Shown here piece by piece: positions 22,300 to 33,560 of a stretch of DNA of 64,000 bases. Made by a program: the position numbers and the translations under genes. Within the stretch, counting starts at the first letter, position 1. Each line of letters begins with the position of its first letter. This DNA comes from Camelus ferus (Eukaryota): positions 27,156,001-27,220,000 of the forward strand of contig NC_045717.1 of the NCBI RefSeq assembly GCF_009834535.1, read 5' to 3'. The notes under the pieces are model-generated. The model had not been told where the DNA came from. It saw only the letters and a program-made list of their open reading frames with translations, and did not search any database.

Positions 22300-22640
22300 G
22301 TTTTAGCATTTCCAGTTACATGAACCAACAGATCGCCTTTGGTTACTTCACCCAGTTTGATCTGTGGTCTTTATTACTGGCCAAGCCAGAGGTAGGGCAG
22401 CTCCAGGATGGGTTTATTTGGTGGCTTCAGAATGGCACCAGGGACCCAGGTTCCTCTCTGTGTTGGCTCTGCCACACTCATAGGCCAGCTCTATCCCCGT
22501 GGCCACAGGTGGGAGACATATTCCTGGGTGTCACAAGAGTCTCAACTCTATCCAGTTGGAAGGTGATTTGTTGTAGCAAATAAACGGTCCCCTGGAATCC
22601 TCTCAGCCTAACGTCACAGACACAGGCCTGAGGTCGATGT
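22300..22640. mobile_element. Old MLT1-type LTR fragment
   Basis: tttattactggccaagccagaggtagggcagctccagg...aatggcaccagggacccagg. Confidence 0.5.
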
Positions 22641-22799
22641 CAATATGCATGCCTCAGGATCACTGGAGCGGTGAAGGGGACCCCCTGCAATGCTACAGGG
22701 GTCTTAAATCTCTCAGGACCCACCTCTTGGTGAGAACAGGAACCACAGGATAGATTTGGAGACAGAGTGATGGGGGTGGGGCAGGGCAGGGTGACTCAC

Positions 22800-22956
22800 C
22801 GGTTGGTCAGGCAGTGGGCAGCGGTCAACACCCACTTCTGGTGCACAAGGACCCCCCCACACCTGTGGGTGCCGGCTTTCTGCAGGGAGACCATGTATGG
22901 GTGGGAGTTGGGGGCAGCCTCTCGACCCCCAATGATGTGGGTCTCGAATGTGTTGC
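22800..22956 (-). CDS. GZMM: Granzyme M exon 2 (IIGG, catalytic His)
   Basis: 157 nt, [25 protein letters not shown]...[12 protein letters not shown]. Tandem CAGGAG acceptor, so the start may be 22959. Confidence 0.96.
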
Positions 22957-23319
22957 CTCCTGAGGAGGGGACATGAAAAGTCATGTTAGGGCTGGGTACC
23001 TCACCTCAGCCACAACCCTGCGACTCCAGCTCTGGGGTCCTGGACCCGTAACAGATGGATCACCCTAACACAGTCCCTTCTGCTACCTGGGGTGTTCAGG
23101 TTGATAGGCAGTTCTGTCCTGGACCCCTCCCATCCCTCACTCCACATCCCGGTCACCAGCAAGTGACCATCCTACACCTGCACCCCATCCCTTGCTTCCA
23201 GACCTCTCAGCCTCCCTGAGCCCCCGGGCCCCTACTTAACAGCCAGAGAGCTTTTCAAAGTGGAGAAGCTGGACCCTCACACCTGCCAGGTGGTGACGTG
23301 AGAGAGGTAGCCACTGGGC

Positions 23320-23880
23320 AGACAGTCCAGCAGCTCCTCAAAGGTTAAAGCACCGCCCCATCCAGGGATTTGCTCCAACAGAAACGAGATGTGCACACAT
23401 GGGTTCACAGCAGCAGGACTCACAGCAGCCAGAAATGGGACAGCCCAAGTGTCCATCGACAGATAAATGGATGAACACCACGCGTCCCTCCACACACAGG
23501 GACATTGCTCAGCCGTGACCAGGAGAGCAGCCCTGACACCCGCTCCCCCGTGGACGGACCCTGAGAGCACGACGCTCAGCGAGAGGAGCAGACACAGAAG
23601 GACACACAGCGTGTGAGCCCATGGATGTGAGGCGTCCAGAACAGGCCAGTCCACAGACACAGGGAGGGGGGTCCTGGCTGCCAGGGGCGGGGGGAGGAGG
23701 GGGTGTGACTGCTCATGGGGATGGGGTTTCTTTTTGGGGTGATGCAATGTTCTGGAACTAGACTGTGGTGATGGTCACACAGCTCTGAATGTACTAAAAT
23801 TCTCTGAATTGTACTCTTTTTAAATGAGTAAATTGTATAGTATGTGAATGATATCTCAATAAAGCTATTAAAATTGTTCT
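23320..23880 (+). mobile_element. L1M-type 3' UTR fragment with polyA signal
   Basis: cccaagtgtccatcgacagataaatggatgaac...gaatgatatctcaataaagctatt. Confidence 0.85.
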
Positions 23881-24389
23881 AAAACCAATCATGAGTTTAA
23901 AAGGATTGAAAAAAATGCTTTAGTGTAAATCAGCTAAAATTCTTCCTATGATTCTCCATCATGCTTTAAATGTCCCAACTCCCCACGACCCATAAGACAC
24001 ACATCAGCTGACCCCGCCTCTGTCACACTCTCCCTCACTCCCCTCGAGCACTCAGGCCCCTGCTAGTCCTCCAGGGCACCGCCCTTGTGTCCCCCTCAGG
24101 GCATTTAGGTGTACTGTTCTGGCAGCGGAAAGAGCCTTTCTCCCAGGCATTCATTCCCGAGTCTGGCTTTCTCACTGGGTATCAGCTCGAAAGTCGCAGA
24201 GACTGCCTCCTGGTATAACCCCGCTCCCCCTACTCTGCTCTGTTCTCTGCTGAGCACTCGTCACACACTGATGTCCCACAGACTTGCTCATTTCCTGTCT
24301 ATCGCCACTAATCTGTGAGTGATGTGAGGGCAGGCCCTGCGCCTGTCTTGTTTACAACAGGCCTAAGACAGTATGTGCTCAGCAAACAT

Positions 24390-24520
24390 GCATGGACAGA
24401 CGGATGATGGATGGACGGGTGGATGGATGGATAGAAAGATGATGGATGGATGGATAGTGGATGGATGGAAAGCAGGAAGGAAAGAGGGAGGGAGAAAGGA
24501 TGATGGATGAATGGTTGGAT
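24390..24520. repeat. (TGGA)n degenerate repeat
   Basis: Direct reading. Confidence 0.9.
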
Positions 24521-24903
24521 CCCATCCTGCTGGGTCCCTAATTTATCCCAGAACAATGGTCATCCATCCAGGCCAGAATAGTGAGATGCCCACCATCCCT
24601 GTCCTTCCATCTCATGATCCCAGGTGCCGGTTCTGGCCAAGCATATACCGTTTGGGGAGGCAGTCAGCTGGGGCTCAAATTTCAGCTCCATCCCTCCCAG
24701 CCGGGCTATCCTGGGTGGGCTGCCTCATTCTCTGAACTGTGGTTTCCCACTCTGAAACTTCGGGTTACATATAAATGTATGTAACACACCCTGCCTCCTA
24801 GGTGCTGCTAGGGGGCAAACAACCTACATCTGCCCCATGTTCTGTGAATACAGCTTGAAGGTGAGGAGTGAGGAGCACACAACGTCCTCAGAATCCCAAG
24901 GGT

Positions 24904-25017
24904 GATCCATTATCCATCCATCCACCATCCAAACATCCATCATCCATCCATCCATCCATCATCCAACCATTATCCGTCATCACCCATCCAACATCCATCC
25001 ATCCATCATCTATCCAT
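24904..25017. repeat. (TCCA)n degenerate repeat
   Basis: Direct reading. Confidence 0.9.
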
Positions 25018-25508
25018 AAAAGAATGTCCTTGTTTGCAGAAAACACACCCTGAAGCATTGAGAGGTGAAAGGAAGTGCATCCAAAAGTCACCATTAAGTG
25101 GTTCAGAAAAATAGTAACAACTATACATGTTTGTATTTTACACCCACACCTGGCAGTGACAATGCAACTGCGGGAAAGGCTCACACCTGAGGGATTTAGG
25201 GAAGAGAAGGTAGGAGTCATCTGCACAGTTCTCATGGCTTCTCTGTCGGGTCAGAATTAAGTCAGAAAGCAGAGACTTCAAAGTATCTGTCCTGATGTGG
25301 CCTCATCTCTACCCCAGGGCCATAACCCTCACCCTTGGTCTTCACTTAAAAAAACTCACAGCAGCTCTGTGGAGTGGGGACGTCTCTTCCATGGGTCCCC
25401 ATCTGGGTACAGTGGGTTGTTTCATTACTCTATTCTGACGCCCAGTGCCCTGCCTTCCCCTGCCCGGACCCTGGGCCTCAGTGTCCCCCCCCCCCACCCC
25501 ATGCTCAC

Positions 25509-25563
25509 CTGCCCACAGAGCTCCCAGGACCAGCAGCAGCAGCTGGGACAGGGGGGCCTCCAT
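25509..25563 (-). CDS. GZMM: Granzyme M exon 1, signal peptide. Full CDS 765 nt, 254 aa
   Basis: MEAPLSQLLLLVLGALWA(G), 55 nt, donor gtgagc. Confidence 0.93.
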
Positions 25564-26626
25564 GTCGCTGGGAATGCAGCCCTGGTGCCGGCTCTGGGCC
25601 CCGTCACCCACACCTCCCCTTCCTGTGGGGGAGGTGACATTCACAGCTTTGCCCTCACAGTGCACACACTGCCCCTGACTGGTTCTACTCACCCGTAAGT
25701 GTTTCAGAAAGTGTTTCTGAAAGATATGGTCTCTCCGAAGACAAAACCCCATTACCATGGTCACACCTGAAAAATTGGCAGTAACTCCTTTGCTGAAACG
25801 TGGGTCCCGTAGTGGATGAGCTCACCGGGTACCAGGGCCCTGGAGCCCAGTTACCACCCCCTCCCCTTTGACGGTACTGTCTTCACCAGGGAGGCAAGCG
25901 GCGAGTTGAAGAGAAATTAGTATTTATTGTGTCCACGTGTCCCACTGTTTAATCTTCCAAAGAATCCCAGGAAGTAGGTTCCACTATTGTGGGGTGAGGG
26001 GAGCTTGCTTGTATCTGATTTCAGGTGGGCCACCTGCTGTTCACCTGCAGTCTGCATCTAACTGGGCAACCTAACTGGCCTGGAGTCCAGGATCCCTGAG
26101 GCCTTGGGTATCATTTGGGTAACTGCGGTGGAGTGTGGGGACAGTCTGAAGGGGACAGGGGACCAGAGTGGAGTTTTACAAGCTGGCCACCAACCTCAGC
26201 CCCTGTCCCCTTGGGTCTGGGGGCTCGTTCCTGTTCCGACCCGCAGTGGTAGTGGCGCCGTGTGACCCTGAGGCTGAGGGGGACCGGCCTGGCTCCTGGG
26301 CCCTCATCCCGGCCCTGGGGCCGCAAGGAAGCCCGTGAGACGTGGGGAGGCGCCTGTGGGTGCTCAGTACACCTCACCCCACGCCTCCAGACACCTCTAG
26401 GCCTCGAGGATCCAGTCACCTAGATGGTGGAGCTGCGCCGAGTCCCCGTGTCCATGGACCTCCAACCCGCACAAGTTGCACTCGATTTATGGTGCACAGG
26501 GGTGGCCCAGCGTGGATGGGTCTGGGGTGCTTTGTTACACAGCAGCAGAAGTGTAGGAACCAGGTCTGAGGGAGAGCAGACGGGCCAGACCGATAGGCCT
26601 GAGGGTAGAGGCAGGCAGGCTGGGAC

Positions 26627-26840
26627 AGAGGTTGGCAAACTTCTGTAAACAGCCAGACAGTAAGTGTTTCTGGCTCTTTGGGTCAAACACTCTGCACCAC
26701 ACTCACTCAGCCCTGAAGCTGCGGCTCAAAAACCCACCTATGGTAGGTGAAGAAGTGGGTGTGGCTGTTTCAATAAAGCTTTATTTACAGGACGGGCAGT
26801 GACCAGATCTGGCTGCGGCCTAGGAGCTGAGGACCCCAGG
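26627..26840 (+). mobile_element. MER58A-like hAT MITE
   Basis: cagaggttggcaaacttctgtaaacagccaga...ggctgtttcaataaagctttatttacag. Confidence 0.75.
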
Positions 26841-27312
26841 GTCTCCCTGTGCAGACACCCCTGGGGCCGCTGGCCAGCTCTGGGCTAACAGGAAACGCAG
26901 CCCTGGGAGCAGCTCACGCTGTGGGTGACACCTGCCTCCCACCCCTGGGTGTGATGCACCCCCAGGCAGCTGTGTGGAGGCCTGAGGGCTGCGGGCTGGG
27001 CAGGACCTCTATGGCCACACCCCCAGGCTGCTGGGGCTTCGTTTAATAAACCGGTTCCCTCCTGCCCAGACCCTGGATCTCTGTGGCCCCCTCCCCAGAT
27101 CACCGAGCCCAGACGGGCCTCCTGCTGGGGGGCGTGGGCACCTGCGCCTAGGAGCTTTCAGGACTCCCGCCGCCCCTGCAGGCTCGGAGGGGCAGCTGCC
27201 GCCTGCCCGAGCCAGGTCACACGCACATGGGCACCCGGGCTGTTGCCCCCGCCTGGCCCCACGGTCCTCGGGGCCAAGGAGAGAAGGGTCCTTAGGCGTC
27301 TCATAAAGTCAC

Positions 27313-27318
27313 TTTATT
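27313..27318 (-). terminator. CDC34: CDC34 distal polyadenylation signal
   Basis: Minus strand tctaAATAAAgtgactttatgaga, similar to the recalled human CDC34 mRNA end. Confidence 0.8.
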
Positions 27319-27585
27319 TAGATTCCAAACAAACCAAAGGAGAGAAGTGACCCCAAGTTAACCCATCCACTCGCGAGCCGAGACCCCAGGTCTCTGGCTC
27401 CAGCAGCGGGAGCCGTGGGCAGGATGGGGTCCACCGCTCCCAGGACCTGAGCGGCGCCCAGCACATGGGGGCCCTCCCTCCAGAGCCGAGCGGACCAGGG
27501 TGGACGGTGGGCAGGCCGGGGGAGCCTGCGCACCCTGGAGGCACCCAGAGCCACACAGGTGGGCGGCTGAGGTGAAACGTGTACG

Positions 27586-27591
27586 TTTATT
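27586..27591 (-). terminator. CDC34: CDC34 proximal AATAAA
   Basis: 14 nt after the stop codon. Confidence 0.5.
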
Positions 27592-27605
27592 GGCGGGGCG
27601 CGGTG

Positions 27606-27822
27606 TCAGGACTCCTCAGGGCCCGAGGCATCCCCGGCGTCCCCGTCATCCCCAAAGCAGCTGCCGGCCTCGGCCTCGCCGTCCTCGTAGTAGTCATCGT
27701 AGAGCAGCTCCGGGCCCTCGTCCAGCGCTGGGGCCTTGGTCTGCACGCAGTACTCGGCCAGCGTGGTGGGCACCTTCACACCGTCCCGCTCCGCGTCCAC
27801 CCTGGTCCCCAGGACCTGCTTC
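27606..27822 (-). CDS. CDC34: CDC34 (UBE2R1) exon 5, acidic tail
   Basis: KQVLGTRVDAERDGVKVPTTLAEYC...YDDYYEDGE...PEES*. Confidence 0.97.
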
Positions 27823-28964
27823 CTGGGGAGACACGGGGCTGGGTCTGCTTGCCGTGGGGACGGCACGGGGTCACAGCGGAAAGCAGACAGCCCGCAGCCC
27901 GCGTCCCAGCCCCGAGGGACCCCTGGCTGACACCGGAGCCTCCAGCCCAGCGGGGGGCTGCACAGGAAGCCAGGCGGCAGAAGGATCCGGGGCTGGGGGC
28001 CTTGGACGCCGAGTGAGGATGTGTGCCCTTTCTTCTTGGGGAAACACTGGGCCTGCAGGTCTAACTCACTTGCTTTTCTAAGAAGTAAACGACAAACTGA
28101 AAAGCTATTTGGAAGAGACTTAGTGAAGGGTTAAGAGCCATGAAATGAGTCACAAGCCACACGAGGACAAGTGACAAAGGACAATGGTGACAGAGCAGCT
28201 CACAGGACACAACAAACACAACGGGGAGGGGAGAGCAGGCTCCTGGGGACATTACTGGGGACCCCAGTCCCCGCGGGGCCCATGCTCCCAAGAAGATTTT
28301 GTACAGACCCTGCTGTGGGGACTGGCACCTGCTCGTTCATGGGAGAACAGAGACAATGACACTGAGATGGGGCTTCAACCTGACAAATTCTGAAGCTTTT
28401 GTAACCAAAATGAAATTATTTTCCATAAAAGAAGGGATCTCCTACGTGTGCTAGTGCCAGATGGATTTGCTGCCTTTGGAGAACAACTCCAAGTCCCACA
28501 ACCGCCAGTGGAAGAGCTGCTCACGCTGAGGGGGAGACAGAGCACGCGCAGCACTGTCTCAGAAGCGTGTGGAACACGCACACCCCAAACAGACCTCGCA
28601 CGTGCTCACCCCCGCCTCCAGCACTCGCACACAGGACAGGGCCACCGGGGCGCAGAGGGAGGCCAGTGGGACTGCCGCCCTTTCACTCGCAAAGCAAAGG
28701 AATTGTGGCAAAACCTGCTGAAACCTGGTGGACACTGCGCTACGATGCCCCAGTGGGAGGTGCACACACACGCACCACGATGCCCATGTGCACGGCACCG
28801 CTGTGCAGGACAGCAGACAGCGGACAACACACTCGCATGACTGTGGTGTCACAATGAGTCCAAGAGAAAAAAGCACTGGATTTTCCAGAACTCACGAGAA
28901 GGGACCAGGACGGGGACTGAGGCCGGAGCCTGGCCCCCTGCCCCGCCAGCCGGGCCCCACTCAC

Positions 28965-29099
28965 CGGATGATGTCCGTGTACTCCCGGTCCTTGCCTTTG
29001 CTTTCCTTCCACTTCCTGTACATCACAGAGGCATCCACGTTGGCCGGAGAGAAGGTGTTGGGTTCGTTGAGGAGGGAGATGACGCTCAGGAGGATGGTC
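28965..29099 (-). CDS. CDC34: CDC34 exon 4
   Basis: 135 nt, [45 protein letters not shown]. Confidence 0.97.
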
Positions 29100-29722
29100 C
29101 TGGGGGCATGAGCCAGTTGTCGGGGGCATTCATAGCCCAGCCCAGCCTGCCTGGAGTACTGCCTGCCCGGGAGCCCCACACCCTGGGCCTGCCCCGCCCC
29201 CTCCCCACCGCCTCTTACCCTTTGCCGTGTGCCTGGCTCTGGGATGGGACGCAGGTGGGCAGCGGAGGCCAGGACCTCCCCCTCCCACCGGAGCAGGCCT
29301 GACCCATCCCCTCAGCATCTTGCCCAGAGAGTGGGTCCCCTGCTACCCACTTCTGCTATGGCTGGGGCTGGACCAGGGACATATGGGCCAGAATGCAGGG
29401 CACTCAAGCCACTCAGGGTGAGCAGTCTGGCCCTGAGGATGGAGGGGGCTGTGTTCCACGGGGAGGGGAGACCCCAGGGACAAGCAGATGTGGACACAGG
29501 ATGCCCAGAGGCCATTCCTGAAGAGGGGTGGAGCAGGGAGTGTTGGGAAATGGGCAGAGAGGCTGGTAGGACTCCAGAAGGGAGCTGGTTCCCAAAGACG
29601 CCACCCTGTAGGGAGCCATGGCCCCGAGGATGACACCGGGGTCTCCCTGTGTCAGTGTACCCAGGGCTGGGCAGGCCCCAGGGAGCCCGGCGAGAGGGAG
29701 CCAGGACCCCAACTGGCCTCAC

Positions 29723-29820
29723 CTGACGTTCTGTGTGGGGTTCCACCGCTCCGAGGGCAGCTCCCCGCTTTGGGGGTCATCAACTGGCGGGTGGAGGATG
29801 GAGATGCACACGTCCCCAGT
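29723..29820 (-). CDS. CDC34: CDC34 exon 3 (catalytic Cys, acidic loop)
   Basis: 98 nt, [33 protein letters not shown]. Confidence 0.97.
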
Positions 29821-29985
29821 CTGTGCGGCACAGGAAGGGTCAGCATCTGCAGGGCTCCTGTTCGCGACCCCCCCTCCCCCAAAACGCAGGAGACCCCAGT
29901 CTGTGCAGTGCAGGAGGGCTCAGCGTCCGAGGGGCTCCTGTCCGCGACCCCTCCACAACACAGGGGCCGGGAGGGTCAGGCTCAC

Positions 29986-30072
29986 CTCGTAGATGTTGGG
30001 GTGCCACATCTTGGTCAGGAACCGAAAGGCCGGCGGGGAGTAGGGGTAGTCGATGGGGAACTTGAGGCGCGC
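29986..30072 (-). CDS. CDC34: CDC34 exon 2
   Basis: 87 nt, ARLKFPIDYPYSPPAFRFLTKMWHPNIYE (HPN motif). Confidence 0.97.
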
Positions 30073-32639
30073 CTGGCAGGGAGGGCAGAGGGTGGGGGTG
30101 AGGGGCCCCCAGCTCAGGCTGCCCACAAACACACCAGCAGGACGTCAGCCTGGGACCCTGCCTGCTGCCCACACCCCTCACAGGCCTAGGCCAGGTGCAT
30201 CTGAGCTGACCCTGGTCCCCGTCTGCTGCTGGCGGGCATGGGCACCTGCCCGGCCCTGGCCTGTGGGAGGGATTGGAGCCTGGGCCCCAAGGAGAAGAGC
30301 GTACTCATGGTAAAGGCCAGCAGAGGGGCCCGGGCCTCAGTCCTGGGAGCTGGGTGCCCAAGCACTGTGCTGGACTCCCGGCCTCAGTTTCCAGCCTGTG
30401 GGAAGGATTAAAATAGACCCGTGTTCACTGGGCAACCACTCCTGACACCTCCCTGGGCAGGCGCCGTGGGCGGGGATGAGTCAGCGCTGGGCTGACAGGC
30501 TCTCTGCCCGCAGGTGTCAGTTCTGAGGGGTCAGGAAGGCAGACAGGGAGGTCATGGGGTAGCTGGGGGAGGGCCCCCCGGGTGAGAGCTGTGCCCTGTC
30601 CTCCGCCTGTTTAAGCCCAGTCCTGGGACCCTGGCAGTGCCTTGGACCGTGCAGGGCACCTCTGCTGCAGACCCGTCAGCCCGTCTTTGGCGAATTGCTT
30701 TCCTGGGTGGGGACGCTGAGGGCACTGGGGGGAGTTCCTTCGTCCTGGACTGAACACGTTGAGGCCCAGAGCCAGCCTGGAACTTGGGCCTCAGACCCTG
30801 CCCTGTGGTCCCCCAGCCCAGTGCTGGGTTTCTAAGTGACGGCCTAAGACTACCTGAGGCCTCCTCAGCGGAGCAAGGGGGACAGGCCCCTCCGCCCCGC
30901 CCCAAGCACCCACGAAGTTCCAGAGATGCCTTTTCCGCTATGCAAACTGAGGCTCAGAGAAGGAGAGCACTTTGCCTGAGGGCACACAGCACTGGAGGGG
31001 CTCCTGACAAGGTCTCTGTGGCACCCCTCAGAGTACCTGGGGCTGTCTGCTCACAGGGAGAAGGGGGGGCCAGCCGGCTGGGAGGAAGGGCTGCAGGAAT
31101 TGGCTGGAAAGTGACGCTGGCCCTCCGGCCCTCCTCACCCAGCCAAGTCGGGATAGGAGGATCGGAGATGGCAGGATCACCTTGGGTCCTGTGCGGGCTC
31201 TTCGGGGACACACCCTACAGCAGGTGTGATCAGATGTGCAGCGCCCCCTTCCCAGCCCATCCTTCTCCAGAAACACAGGACCACCCCACTAGAGCCGTTC
31301 TGGAGGGTCCTAACCAAACAAGGGTCCTTGCAAACAGCCGGCAACAGGCAGAAACCCACGTCCCTCCACCCTTCCAGCCTCGCTCAGAGTCCCGGCCTCG
31401 CCTCAGGATGGGACTCCGCTTTCCCAGCTGTGAGCAGAGCTCTTACCCTCACAGCCAACTGCTCTCAGAAGCAAACAGAAGAGGCTGCAGGAGGGGGCTG
31501 ATTAAACCATTTGGTGATCGGCCCCAAATTGTTCCCCTGTATGGGGAAGGTGGACTCTAGACACAAAACTCAGCCCAGGGCTGTCCACACACATACCCCC
31601 ATCCCACCAAAGCTGTGAGGGAACCTCAACTCAGGCATGGCCCACAGCAGACCAGGCTGCTCCTCAGGGCCACTGAGCAGGCGTGGCTAAAACGTCAGCC
31701 AAATGTGCAAACACAGACATCTGCCCCAGCACCAGCCCGCCCCTCCCCCAGGCCTGCAGGCAGGCAGAACCTGGCAGGCCAGTTGGGCTCCTGGCAGGCG
31801 GTGACGGGGTGTCCCAGCCCAGGCCTCAGGCCCCACCTCTCTTGCAGGGAGACCCCCTGCCTTGTCTCTCAGGCTGGAAAAGCAGTCTTCCGTCTGGGAG
31901 AGGTTCTTCCCAGGCCACGTCTAGACTCAGATCAGGGGGGTCAAGGAAGCTGCCCAAGTCTTGGCCTGAGTCCTCGTCACACCAGACAGAAATGTGACCA
32001 GTCCCGGGGAAGGCACTCATCTCCCCGCTCCCCACAAAAGTGGGAACTGCTCAGAATCCAGCCAACACGTAGGGCCCACAAATGTTTGGGCTCAAGCAGC
32101 CACCCGCTCAGTGGAACCTGAGAAAGGCCAGCTGGGCCAGAGAGGAGCCCAAGATTCTGAGGCCAGGCCGGGGTCTGTTCTGTGCGAGGCTCCCACATCC
32201 CAGGGACAGGGTGGAGGATGGGAGTGACTGCAGGAGAGAACAGGTTACATAAAGCTCAGGATGCAACCCAGAGGGCCTGGCCTGCTGCTATCAGTGAGGG
32301 TGGCCGCTTTCCAAGCAGGTTCCGGCTGCCAAGGCCCCATCCGGGCCTTTTCTGGAACCCGAGCAAGTGGAGGGTCCAGTCTGCAGGCCGGCCGGCCTCG
32401 TTCCCTCCCCTAGGGCCGGCACTCCCCAGAACAGCGCGCCTGTTCTGGGGAGGCCCCTTTGTCTCCTGCGGGCAGCGGGCAGGGAAGGTGGGGGGCAGGG
32501 CAGGGTTGGGCGGAGGGGAGGGGACACCAGGGGCTGGGGGCACCAGAGCCCCGCACCTAGAGAAACTGGGAAGGTCCCGGGCCTCTCCTTTGGGGGCCAG
32601 AAGCGGCCATGGAGGGGCTCCTGGGGCCAGACAATGAGG

Positions 32640-33063
32640 AGGGGGTGGCAGAGGGGGTGACCGAGGGACCCAGCCGTGCAGAAGGAGGGGGCGCCGCGAG
32701 GACAGACAGAGAGGGGGCGCCGCGAGGGGCGAGGGCAGGGGACAGGGGGCGGGGAGCCGGGGGACGGGCCCCGAGGAGCCGGAGGAGGGGTCGCCAGCGC
32801 CCGCCTGCCCCTGGCTCACCTTGAAGTAGCCGCCCTCGTAGTAGGTGTTGGGGGGCCCGAAGATGGCCACCTCCCAGTTGTACAGGTCGCCCTCGTCCAC
32901 AAGGGTCACCCGGAAGCCCTCCACCGGCTCCTCCTGCAGCCCCTTGAGCTCCAGCAGCAGCGCCTTCTGCGAGCTGGGCACCAGCGGCCGGGCCATGGCG
33001 GCGGCGGATGGGCCCGGGGCCGGGGGCGAGGCTGGGCCGGGACCGGGGCCGCCTTCCTCCTCT

Positions 33064-33097
<34 letters not shown>

Positions 33098-33560
33098 GGG
33101 ACCCCGGGCGCTCCACTCGCTCTGCGCCGCCGCCCGGCGCTGGCTTCGGCCGCCGTGCCCCGCCCCCGCCGACTGCGCCTGCGCGCCGCCCGCCCGCGGG
33201 GCACGCCGGGAAACTATCCCTCCCCCGGCCTCCGAGCGCGCCGCCGAGAGCCGGGGTCCGTGCGCGCGGGCGCCTTGGCGCTTCCGACCCCCCTGGGAGG
33301 CCGCCGCCGCCCCAGCTCGGAAGAGCTCCCCCGTACGCCTGTGCGTGGGGCTGCGGCCAGGGCTGCGCTGCGCCGCCCCACCCGGCCTGCCGCGCTTTTG
33401 GGGCCTTTTTGTGACGTCCCGGCGCGTGGCGGGGCCGGGGCGGGGCCGGCCTGAGCCTCAGTTTCCCCACTCGCGACCCCGGCCCTGGCCGCCCTGGGCC
33501 AGCCGAGAGGGGGAAGGGGAGGGTCCCACCGCTCCCGGAGAAGCGGGGAGAAATCAGCCC
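32640..33560 (-). promoter_or_regulatory. CDC34: CDC34 CpG-island promoter and 5' UTR with (GCC)10
   Basis: Very CpG-dense. (GCC)10 at 33066-33095. GC boxes and TGACGTC near 33412. Confidence 0.85.
32820..32996 (-). CDS. CDC34: CDC34 exon 1. Full CDS 714 nt, 237 aa
   Basis: MARPLVPSSQKALLLELKGLQEEPVEGFRVTLVDEGDLYNWEVAIFGPPNTYYEGGYFK, 177 nt. Confidence 0.98.

Noticed and set aside
26771-26786. Palindromic aataaagctttatt resembling a bidirectional polyA signal
   Set aside because: Part of the MER58A-like element.
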